A stretch of 64,000 nt of DNA, taken from assembly GCA_963514005.1 (NCBI GenBank), contig OY740797.1:19778001-19842000 (forward strand). Reading direction: 5' to 3'. This document shows positions 36,133 to 47,932 of the stretch, one piece after another. Under the pieces are notes generated by a model. That model searched no databases, was not told the origin of the DNA, and saw only the letters and a program-made list of their open reading frames with translations. The translations under genes were made by a program, and so were the position numbers. The DNA comes from Raja brachyura. Its lineage: Eukaryota. Positions within the stretch are counted from its first letter, which is position 1, and each line of letters begins with the position of its first letter.

Positions 36133-37764
36133 TGCTTTCACCCGCATACTGCAAAAGAGAAGGGTTTGCATAAGAAATAGGTTTTCATAGAATGCATGAA
36201 GCGTGTGACTCCGACGCCGTAAATCACATGACTAAGGTATCGTGATGCATTTTGAGTATATTTATGTTTCAGCGAGTACGATCTGGGAAATATGTTTTCT
36301 TCGATTTCCTACGTCAAAATGATTTCTCTCCCAGCCATTGTTGGTGCACCGTGTTTAGACAACACATATTGAAATCCGTTTACCTCTACCTCGTTGTCAA
36401 AATGAGACTTTGTCCCACCGGAGCATAAGATGACAGGGCAGTCAAATATCCAGCCTCGTATATTTCGTGCTTACTATCACAGATGATCGCACCTTGAATG
36501 CAGAAGGGTGTGATGACCTTTGAGTTAGTCATGTTGCAAATTTATTTCATTGCAGCCAAAAACTCCAAGCCTCAATCGCAGCATTTAAATGAGATACATT
36601 ATAGCCAAGTGATGTGTTGATAAGGATTTGATCATCCACTAGATGGCAGTTGGACGGCGTACCACTGAGAGTTTTTCGTTATTGATTCGGATCATCTAAT
36701 ACCTCACGCAAGGAATTTAAAAAGGGAAACCCATGGTCAGTGTGATTGCATTATTTTTCGCTTACGATATATTGTGCATTCCTCTGTTACCTTTCTCCGT
36801 GGTACCATAAGTGACTATAAGCAAAAATGTTATAACCTCTTTCCATAGTTAAAATTCAGGAGTAACTAGCTCCTTGCTCCCAAGTATTAATCTGTTACCT
36901 TCGCAGATATTTGCAACAGCAACTTTCGCGTAAAGGTATTCAAGGCCAAATGTGCATTACAAAACTCGATTACTGTAGAGAAGGGGACCAGATCGGCACG
37001 AGACTAAACTTAATTCAACAAACAAAAGACGATGCGAGTTTATTAAAGTAAAAGCTTGGATTGTTAGAAATAGAATCAAATATCAAAAAAAAATGGAACT
37101 ACGTCCAAGACCACAAACGACTTCAGAGACAAAAAATAGAATTCTTTACAGTATGAATTTTAACTTAAAATTGTTACATTCTTGGAGATTTGAGCACTTG
37201 ACAACTTGTAATGCCTAATTTAAAAAGTCTAAATTTATGGACTTTGTTCCCGATCAATGCAATGTGCGACGTAACTTTTTAAAAGTTATAATTGTTCAAG
37301 CATCATCTTTGCAAATGTGGTTCCTTTTAGTTATTTCAGGTTCACATTTTCAACACACAAAGAATAGTTATATGGTAAGATGAATAACAAAACGTGAATC
37401 AAAAAAGGTGCGTGCGTGCGTGTGTGTGTGTGGTCTGTCGATCCAGCTCACGGTTTAATCGCTGACGGTCAATCCAGCTCGAGGTTTTTCAGGAGAGTGC
37501 CCTTGAGCTTGAAGGTCGAAGACAGTCGCTGAAAGGTCGCAATAGTGGGACATGCCCTTAAGTGGGACAGGCCAGTCTCTCATCATAACTGAAAAATTCA
37601 TTCCAGGAAATAATTCAGATGTATATACTCTTCTCATTTTATTTCTGGCCAGAGAACAGAAAGGAGATTGAGAACCTTCAACACAACAACTTTCCCCTCA
37701 ATGTCAGCAAGCCAAAGGAGAGACAAAGGAGATTGTGATTTAACTCCACAAGAGAAACAGTGCC

Positions 37765-38412
37765 CACCCCACTTATGCATTGATGGCACCGAAGAAGAAA
37801 TGGTCGAAAGGTTCAAGTTCCTTACAATAAATATTACCAGCAATTTGTCCTGGACCAGCCACGTCGAAGCTATGGCGAGAAATGCACATGAATGCCTCTA
37901 CGAACTGAGAAGGATTAGGAATTTCGGCATGACACCAATAACCATCACCAACTTCAACAGAGGCATTGTAAACAGCTTTTTTAGGATGCATTATAGACGG
38001 GTTTGGAAACAGCTCCATCCAAGACTACAAGAAATTGCAGAGAGTTGTGGACGTAGCTCAGACCACCGCACAAACAAACTTCCCATCCATTGACTCCATC
38101 TACACTCCATCTGCTGCGGCAAGGTCGTCAGGATAATCAAGGACCAGCCTTATACTGGCTATCACTCTTCTCCCCTCTCACATGAGGCATGACGTACAGA
38201 CGTTTCCGAACGCATATCTCCAGAATCAGGGACAATTTCCTCCCAGCTGTAATCAGGCACATGAAGGAACGGTCCTCTGATCAGCTGGAGTGTGGTCCTC
38301 ATCTACCTCATCCATCTCACATAAGACCTTTGAACCATCTTTCATTGGCCTTTATCTTGCACTAAATTTTGTACCCTTACAATTTCTCTGTGCATTGTGG
38401 ACGGCTTGATTG
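37765..38412 (+). mobile_element. Rex-Babar-like LINE 3' fragment
   Basis: IDGTEEEMVERFKFLTINITSNLSWTSHV..LYELRRIRNFGM. Confidence 0.8.
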
Positions 38413-38414
38413 TA

Positions 38415-41400
38415 TTTTACTTTGGAGTCACGCGAGTGACTACGTGAAGAACCCTGTCCAGCCTCATGCGCGTCATTACGTCAGACACATGGCGCAACGA
38501 TGGTTGGAGTAGTAGAGCTCCTCCAGCGGTAAGTTTAAAAAACATCGAGGTAAGTGCTAAACTTAGTTTGGAGGTTGCTTTCTGTAGGTACGCTTGGTTT
38601 TCACAGCGCTAGTACTAAAATGCAGAAAGCTACAAAGGTGAAGGGGAGGCGAACTGCAAGTAAAAGTTTGGAAGACCGCGGGAGCGCAGGTAGCGGGTGC
38701 CCGCATAGCTCACCTATATCATCGTTAACAAGGGGGTTAGCGACTGCAGACACATTGCCTGTGAGCAGCGTAGCCGCGCCGGTGGGGCGTAAGGCCACTT
38801 CGAAGTCTGCTAGGCCCATTGACTCCGAATTGGGCCAGGTGGAGTCACCTCCGCAAGGGGAGACTGTTTCTAAACGGCTAAATGAAATCGAGGTCCTGTT
38901 GGAGAGGATACTCGCAAAGGATGCATTCGGGGGTATGAGCGGTGTCCACGCCGGGCTGATGGAGAGCCTGTGCCAGCAGCGCCTGCAATAGGGCTGCTTG
39001 ATCGCTCCCTCATGGAGGAGGAGAGCTTGACGGGTAAGGGGTATACTGACGCCGAAACAGTGGGTGAACAGAGCCCAGGGGGTGAAGGGCATGAGGTTAC
39101 AATACCTGATTTCGCTGCAAAATTTGCCATTCCCACAGAAGCAGGAGAGCCATTGGGGCAGCAGTTGTCCACAAGTATAAATTATTTGCTCTCCCATCAG
39201 CTCCAAGAGCTGGTATTGGATGACACTATAAAGAAGTATGAAACCCCGGTTGACTGTGCCTTATTGAAGGTGCCGGTGGTGAACCATGTTATATGGGGAC
39301 AAATGGGGATTGCAGTTCGGGCACAAAAGCTAATACTTCAGCAGGCGCTGAAATTGCTTGCTGCAGGTATTACTGCGTTTGCCAGAATGGTGGACGAGGG
39401 GCACCTATCAGAAGCACATCAGGATGCTTTGGGGCTTCTGTGGAGTGCACATTTTGAGGTGAACTGCTTAAGAAAGAGTTGCATATGCCCAAATATTCAC
39501 CCTAAGTTTGCATCGCTCTGCAAAGCTAGCAATGTACAGTTGCCTAATCTGCTATTTGGGGAGGTCCTCGCAAAGCGAGTTAAAGAACTTGATGATGAGG
39601 CAAAAACTGTGGGGTTAATAAAAGTGCCAACGAGCAGCAAAATGGGTCATAGGCAATTCCCCTATTGACGGGGTGCAATGACTGGGGCTGGTAAAGGGAC
39701 GAGCCGTTCATTCCCAAACATACGAAGCTGGCACCCTGCCACAGCCACACGGGGAAGGATGAATTTTCCCACGAGGAACAGGGGGCAACAAGTGCCATCG
39801 GTCAACATGTAGGTCAGTGGTTTTGCTCCTGATAGAATCAAATTAAGTGGGAAATATGTTCAAGTTGGGGGCAGGTTACACTTGTTCCTAAAATAATGGC
39901 AGGAGATAACATCATATTTGTTTGTGCTGTGCAGTATAGAAGGGTTTTGAATTGAATTCTACCCTAATTTGTGTCCACCCACTCAGCATGTTCCAAGTTG
40001 GACACTATTTTCTCACATGAAGAGAATATAGAAACATAGAAAATAGGTGCAGGAGTAGGCTATTCGGCCCTTCGAGCCTGCACCGCCATTCAATATGATC
40101 ATGGCTGATCATTCAACTCAGTATCCTGTACCTGCCTTCTCTCCATACCCCCTGATCACTTTAGCCACAAGGGCCACATCTAACTCCCTCTTAAATATAG
40201 CCAATGAACTGGCCTCAACTACCTTCTGTGGCAGATAATTCCAGAGACTCACCACTCTCTGTGTGAAAAATATTTTCCTCATCTCGGTCCTAAAGGAATT
40301 CCCCCTTATCCTTAGACTGTGACCCCTTGTTCTGGACCTCCCCAACATCGGGAACAATCTTCCTGCATCTAGCTTATCCAACCCCTCAAGGATTTTGTAA
40401 GTTTCTATAAGATCCCCCCTCAGTCTTCTAAATTCTAGCGAGTACAAGCCAAGTCTATCCAGTCTTTCCTCATATGAAAGTCCTGACATCCCAGGAATCA
40501 GTCTGGTGAACCTTCTCTGTACCCCCTCTATGGCAAGAATGTATTTTCTCAGATTTGGAGACCAAAACTGTATGCAATACTCCAGGTATGGTCTCACCAA
40601 AACCCTGTACAACTGCAGTAGAACCTCCCTGCTCCTACACTCAAATCCTTTCGCTATGAATGCTAACATACCATTTGCTTTCTTCACTGCCTGCTGCACC
40701 TGCATGCCTACTTTCAATAATTGGTGTACCATGACACCCAGGTCTCGTTGCAACACCCCTTTTCCTAATTTGCCACCATTAAGATAATAGTCTACCCTCC
40801 TCTTTTTGCTACCAAAGTGGATAATCTCACATTTATCCACATTATACTGCATCTGCCATGCATTTGCCCACTCACCCAGCCTATCGAAGTCACCTTGCAG
40901 CCTCCTAGCATCCTCATCACAACTAACATTGCCCCCCAGCTTCGTGTCATCTGCAAACTTGGAGATGTTGCATTAAATTCCCATGTCCAAATCATTAATA
41001 TATATTGTAAATAGCTGGGGTCCCAGCACTGAGCCTTGCGGTACCCCACTAGTCACTGCTTGCCATTCGGAAAAGGACCCATTTACTCCTACCCTTTGCT
41101 TCCTGTCTGCCAGCCAGTTCTCTATCCACATCAATACTGAACCCCCAATATCATGGGCTTTAAGTTTGTATACTAATCTCTTATGTGGGACCTTGTCGAA
41201 AGCCTTCTGAAATAACACATCCACTGGTTCTCCCTGATCAACTCTGCTAGTTACATACTCAAAAAATTCTATAAGATTCGTCAGACATGATTTACCTTTT
41301 GTAAATCCATGCTGACTTTGTCTAATGATTTCCCCACTTTCCAAATGTACTGCTATCCCATCTTTAATAACTGACTCTAGCAGTTTCCCCACTACCGATG

Positions 41401-42840
41401 TTAGACTAACTGGTCTGTAATTCCCCGTTTTCTCTCTCCCTCCTTTTTTAAAAAGTGGGGTTACATTAGCTACCCTCCAATCCTCAGGAACTACTCCAGA
41501 ATCTAAGGAGTTTTGAAAAATTATCACTAATGCATCCACTACTTCTGTGGCTACTTCCTTGTGTACTCTGGGATGCAGACTATCTGGCCTTGGGGATTTA
41601 TCGGCCTTTAATCCATTCAATTTACCCAACATCACTTCTCGGCTAACCTGGATTTCACTCAGTTCTTCCACCTTATTTGACAGCCGGCCCCCTGCTATTT
41701 TGGGCAGATTATTTATGTCTTCCTTAGTGAAGACAGAACCGAAGTAGTTATTCAATTGGTCTGCCATGTCCTTGTTCCCCATGATCAATTCACCTGTTTC
41801 TGACTGCAAGGGACCTACATTTGTTTTAACTATTCTCTTTCTCTTCACATATCTATACAACATTTTGCAGTCAGTTTTTATGTTCCCTGCCAGTTTTCTT
41901 TCATAATCTATTTTCCCTTTCCTAATTAAGCCCTTTGTCCTCCTCTGCTGGACTCTGAATTTCTCCTAGTCCTCTGGTAGGCTGCTTTTCTGGCTAATTT
42001 GTATGCTTCATTTTTTGGTTTTATACTATCCCTGATTTCCCTTGTTATCCATGGATGCACTACCTGCCCTGATTTATTCTTTTGCCAAACTGGGATGAAC
42101 AATTGTTGTAGCTCATCCATGCAGTCTTTAAATACCTTCCATTACACATCCACTGTCAACCCTTTAAGAATCACTTGCCAGTCTATCTTGGCCAATTCAC
42201 TTCTCATACCTTCAAAGTTACCTTTGTTTAAGTTCAGAACCTTTGTTTCTGACTTAATTTTGTCACTCTCCATCCTAATGAAGAAGTCAACCATATTATA
42301 GTCACTCCTGCCCAAGGGCCCCCGTACAACAAGACTGCTAACTAACCCTTCCTGCAGATACAGGCAGAACATGAGGTATTGTGCAGTATAGTGGTGATTG
42401 AGAAGTCAGTTTGTCAACACCACCAGTTTGTGTCAAATATATTTCCTAGGTCTAAAAAGGATGGGGGATGTAGGCCCATTCTGGACCTGACGAGCCTTAA
42501 CCCTTTTGTGCAGTATAGACACTTCAAAATGGAGACCTTTCTGACGGCTAAACAGCTGACTTCCAAAGGGTGTTATATGGCAAGCATAGATCTTAAAGAT
42601 ACATATTACTCAGTATCTGTTCATTGCGATGATAGGAGATATTTGAAGTTTAGCTGGATGAGTCAGTTACGGGAATTCAAAGCACTGCCTAATGGATTAA
42701 CCTCAGCTCCTAGATTGTTTACCAAATTGATAAAACCAATTCTAGGGCTACTCCAAGCTCAGGGCCATGTTGTAATGGCCTATTTAGTTGATATCTTAAT
42801 TGTAGGAAAGACTCGGGATGCAGCTGAATCATCTGTTCTT
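38415..42840 (+). mobile_element. DIRS-like (tyrosine-recombinase) retrotransposon, decayed, split by a CR1
   Basis: T-rich 5' end, gag-like ORF 38970-39668, RT start VGGRLHLF..W at about 39860, and RT 42379-42840 (SNIFPRSKKDGGCRPILDL..FKMET..IDLKDTY..LPNGLTSAPRLFTK). Confidence 0.85.
40027..42355 (-). mobile_element. CR1 LINE (5'-truncated) nested in the DIRS
   Basis: [29 protein letters not shown] region and RPYLEYCIQFWSP. (TTTCTATG)n tail. Confidence 0.95.
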
Positions 42841-43622
42841 ATTAGCTCGAGCTGCAGATACATTCGCTTATAGGGAAAACGGAGACGTGCAGCATAAGTC
42901 AAAAACATTCGACCCGACTTGCCCACGCCGACGATATGCCTATCTAGGTGAATGCCATTTTCCTACCCATATTCTTCCATTCCTTTCCTATTCACGTATT
43001 TTCCCCAAATGCTTTTTAAACTGTGTGATTAGACCTGCCCCTAACTTATCCAGGCAGATTACTCCATGTACTCCCCAAATATATCAATTTTCGTTTTAAA
43101 CATACACCTTCTAGTTTTAGTCTCCCCTTCACTTTGCAAAAAGTCTTTAAACTATCTTCCCTGTCTATGAACCTCATACTTTCATAAACCCCCCCCATGC
43201 CCCACAAGAACATTTACATAATGTGCATGAATATACACACATTGCTGCAATTTTCACAAAAACATATCGCATCAATTTCCGTTTATATAAGTTATTTTTC
43301 AAATAATAAATAAAGTCCATGCTGTTTTGCAGAAATATGTGATTTGGACACTGGGGTATAATCAGTCGTTCTGGTGGGGTGGGAGATTGCAACCTTCATG
43401 TGGTCCACCATGTTTCGACTAATGCAATCAACCTGATGTGCACAAACAATTAGATCAAATAGGACAAGTTAACCCACAAATTTAGGCTGTGCACGCCTGC
43501 ACGCCAGACGCAAGAAGAAGAAGTCGTTCTGGTAAGTGGTCGAAAAGAAAATGTAGCTTTTAAAGCACATCCTGCATGATGAAAGAGACAGAATGGTTCG
43601 GGAGAAGAAATTGGACAGTTAA

Positions 43623-44853
43623 TGCCCCTGTCCCTCTTAGGAAACCTGAACGGAAACTTCTGGAGACCGTGTGCCCCACCCAAGGTTCCCGTCACTCTCC
43701 ATGCGCACACACACAAACACATCGCGAAGGTGGGGGCCAGTGACAGCGGAGGAGCGCTTTCTGCGTGTTGAAGAAGAAAGTAAACGGCTGCCACAGAGTA
43801 TGATAAGTCCTTTAGAGAGCGCGGGAGGGTGGGAGAGAAGGACAGAGGGGGCGAGAGAGAAGGGGAGAGAGAAGGGGAGAGAAGGGTGTAGAAGGGGGGA
43901 GAAGGGGAGACAACGGGGGGGGGGGGGAGAAGGAGTGGAGACAGTTTTAATAAGTTTAATAAAGTTAGCGGGCATTTTACCTTCCGGCGGATCTTCTCAC
44001 TTAGGAAACCTGAACGGAAACCTCTGGAGACCTTGCGCCCCACCCAAGGTTTCCATGAGGTTCCCAGAGGTTCCAGTCACTCTCCCTAATTGTGGAAAGT
44101 GGTTTCCATGTAATCGCGGCTTCTGCTATGTTCCTGCGATGATTTAAAACAAAAACAAAAACGGCCGCAACTAATAATAGGTTGCCGTTTTGTCGAAGCC
44201 AGTGGTGGGGTCGCATTTTTACATACAGCCAGTCGAAGGCCTTCACTGACCAGCCATTCTGATTGGCTCATTGGAGTTTTCAGCAAATAAATCTTATTTG
44301 GTTTTCAGGACCTAGAAGATCTGCCCGAAGGTAAAATGCCCGCTATCTTTATTAAACTTGCTAAAACTGTCTCCCCCCTTCCCTCCCTTCCCTCCCCCCT
44401 CCCCCCCTTCTCTCCCCCTTCCCTCTCCCCCTTCTCTCCCCCCCTTCTCTCCCCCCCCTTCTCTCCCCCCCTTCTCTCCCCCCCCCTTCTCTCCCCCCCC
44501 CTTCTCTCCCCCCCTTCTCTCCCCCCCCTTCTCTCCCCCCCCTTCTCTCCCCCCCCTTCTCTCTCCCCCCCTTCTCTCTCCCCCCCTTCTCTCTCCCCCC
44601 CTTCTCTCTCCCCCCCTTCTCTCTCCCCCCCCTTCTCTCTCCCCCCCCTTCTCTCTCCCCCCCTTCTCTTCCCCTCCCCCTTCTCTCCCTCCCTCCAATT
44701 GACCAGAACCTCTGGTGACTCATGAAGAATGACCGGAACCCCCGGGAACCTCTGGGAACCTCACAGGAACCTCTGGGAACCTCACGTAAACCTTGGGTGG
44801 GGCACACGGTCTCCAGAGGTTTCCATTCAGGTTTCCTAAATGGGACAGGGGCT
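43623..44853. mobile_element. Composite Harbinger-type MITE with a CT-rich minisatellite (44372-44697)
   Basis: Same TIR as 29021 at 43623, again internally at about 43998, and inverted at about 44790-44853. Confidence 0.8.
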
Positions 44854-45693
44854 TTAAGGATCAATAACATTAGCAGCAGCGAATTGCAGACATTTTGGAT
44901 TGTCCAAAGACCATATTGAGAAGCAGCTAGAGTTGTGAGCATGAATAATGATACAAGGGTAGGGATGAGTGAAGCAAAGCAGGCATTTGAAAGCATGGAT
45001 GACATATGTAAGGTTGGTATCTTGCTGGACAAGATGTCGTACAGTCAGCCAGCAACCACGTGATGGGTAAACGTGATGGCCAAGGAGATGTATACATAGC
45101 ATACGCTCACAAATATATACATATGCCCGTTGCTGCGATATGTTAGGCAAGGTAACTTCATATTTTTCCCGCACTCGGCACTTCACCTCCTGAACAAAGT
45201 GATAAGAGATCCGATGGTTTTAATTCCACCCTGGCTGTTTCAAAGGGCCATTTTTCCCAATTACTGCCGACCACGATAATGCTCCAGCACCTTTCGAATG
45301 GGTCACTCCATTTAAGACATTCGGGCCTGCTCGCCCTCCCCCACATATTTTGCTCACGCCCCGTTGAAATACTCAAAATGTTAGGTCTTTCCATGTCACA
45401 TTCTGGGACCGAAATAATCTTCCCCGATGAAGCAGCGATTCCCTTGCATTTATTCCGATCCAGCGTATCGTATTCAGTTTTCGCAACATAACCTCCTTTA
45501 GATTGAAGAAACCAGACGTTGATTGGACGATTTGCCTTCAGGAATCAATGTAACATTTGAAACTTTAGATAATTTGCTTTATCTTCCGGTCACTTAAGAA
45601 TCTATGTAGATTGTGTCTGCCACAGTTTCTTCATTCCACTTCTGTCCCAGAGGCAGAATCAAATTAGCAACAATTACATGGCCATGGTATGTT

Positions 45694-46812
45694 ACATAGA
45701 AACATAGAAACATAGAAAATAGGTGCAGGAGTAGGCCATTCGGCCCTTCGAGCCTGCACCGCCATTCAATGTGATCATGGCTGATCATCCAACTCAGTAT
45801 CCCGTACCTGCCTTCTCTCCATACCCCCTGATCCCTTTAGCCACAAGTGCCACATCTAACGCCCTCTTAAATATAGCCAATGAACTGGCCTCAACTACCT
45901 TCTGTGGCAGAGAATTCCAGAGACTCACCACTCTCTGTGTAAAGAATGTTTTCCTCATTTCGGTCCTAAAGGAATTCCCCCTTATCCTTAGACTGTGACC
46001 CCTTGTTCTGGACTCCCCCAACATTGGGAACAATCTTCCAGCATCTAGCTTGTCCAACCCCTTAAGAATTTTGTAGGTTTCTATAAGATCCCCCCTCAAT
46101 CTTCTAAATTCCATCGAGTACAAACCGAGTCTATCCAATCTTTCCTCATATGAAAGTCCTGACATCCCAGGAATCAGTCTGGTGAATCTTCTCTGTACCC
46201 CCTCTATGGCAAGGATGTCTTTCCTCAGATTTGGAGACCAAAACTGTACGCAGTACTCCAGGTGTGGCCTCACCAAAACCCTGTACAACTGCAGTAGAAC
46301 CTCCCTGCTCCTATACTCAAATCCTTTCGCTATGAATGCTAACATACCATTTGCTTTCTTCACTGCCTGCTGCACCTGCATGCCTACTTTCAATGACTGG
46401 TGTACCATGACACCCAGGTCTCGTTGCATCTCCCCCTTACCTAATCTGCCACCATTCAGATAATAGTCTACCCTCATGTTTTTGCCACCAAAGTGGATAA
46501 CCTCACATTTATCCACATTGTACTGCATCTGCCATGCATCTGCCCATTCACTCAGCCTATCCAAATCACCCTGCAGCCTCCAAGCATCCTCCTCACACCT
46601 AACTATACCCCCCAGCTTGGTATCATCTGCAAATTTGGAGATGTTGCATTGAATTCCCTCGTCCAAATCATTAATATATATTGTAAATAGCTGCGGTCCC
46701 AGCACTGAGCCTTGCGGCACCCCACTAGTCACTGCCTGCCATTCTGAAAAGGACCCGTTTACTCCTACCCTTTGCCTCCTGTCTGCTAGCCAGTTCTCTA
46801 TCCACAGCAAAT
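45694..46812 (-). mobile_element. CR1 LINE 3' fragment
   Basis: Open RT C-half ([24 protein letters not shown]) with a (CATAGAAA)3 tail on the plus strand. Confidence 0.95.
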
Positions 46813-47720
46813 GCTCATCAAATCTAACCATGATTTTATTGGAGAATTCTTTTATTCCACCCATCATCCTCTTCAAAATCTTGGTATTCAATAGGCTAAC
46901 ACCTTTCTCTATTTCACAGTTATGATCAGGGTTCCTCGTCTGAAATATTAAACTTTTTTTCATCCAAAGTTGCGGTCTGACCTTTTCATCTATCCAACCG
47001 TTTTCATTTCCTATTTCTACTTCGTTTTGTCTCAGTTTCTATTTCCCGTGTCTCATGAAAGGTTATAGGCGAACTATTAATTTATTTGTTTGCAAAATGT
47101 AGAATATTACAACATTCGTGATGTATAGAGTCAGGTAGAATTTATTGATATATGCAAAATTTTGTACGGTACAGGACCAAATTAAAGCTTGTATCCAGCA
47201 GCACCACAGGCACATTGACTCAAACTATTCTTAATCTTAGGTCCCCTTCGGTTGTGGCTGACCATGGGTGTCTCCAGGGTGCTATACCCTATATGCCTGT
47301 GCGTGACTTTGTTTAACGTGGGGAGACTGGTGCACAGACAGCCACCGCACAAACCTTGACAGACCTGGGTCAGGATCCAGTGGCATGGAGTCACTAAACA
47401 ATTTTCACAAACCAATTATGGAATGAGGTTCACAAACAATTAATACGTTAATACCGGGCCTTCGTTAAAGAACAGCTGAAACGTTACGCGTTTTCTGAAG
47501 CGGTCTGAGCTGATCAAAAAAATCAGGGCTTAATTTGACTTACCATCATTCGGGCCTGTTCTTCCTTCCCCACATATTTTGCTCACGACTCCTTGAAATA
47601 CTCGAAATGTTAGGTCTTTCCATCTCACATTCTGGGACCAAAATAATCTTCCCCGACGAAGCAGCGATTCCTTGTATTTATTCCGATCTGGCGTATCGCA
47701 TTCAGTTTTCGCAAAATAAC

Positions 47721-47932
47721 CTCCTTTAGATTGAAGAAACCAGACGTTGATTGGACGATTTGCCTTTAGGAATCAATGTAACATTTTCAACTTTAGATAA
47801 TTTGCTTTACCTTCATGTCACTTAAGAATCGAAGTCGATTGTGTTTGCTACAGTTTCTTCATTCCACTTCTGTCCCAGAGGCAGAATCAAATTAGCAACA
47901 AGTTACGTGGCCATGGTATGTTCATCAAATCT
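47721..47932 (+). repeat. About 210-bp direct repeat, left copy (right copy 52281-52489), flanking the L1
   Basis: CTCCTTTAGAT...GGTATGTTCATCAAATCT lies immediately before the L1 5' end and immediately after its 3' tail. Confidence 0.9.

Noticed and set aside
44312-45032. Extensin-like Pro-rich and Gly/Glu/Arg-rich ORFs (also 53536-54241)
   Set aside because: These are artefacts of CT-rich simple repeats.
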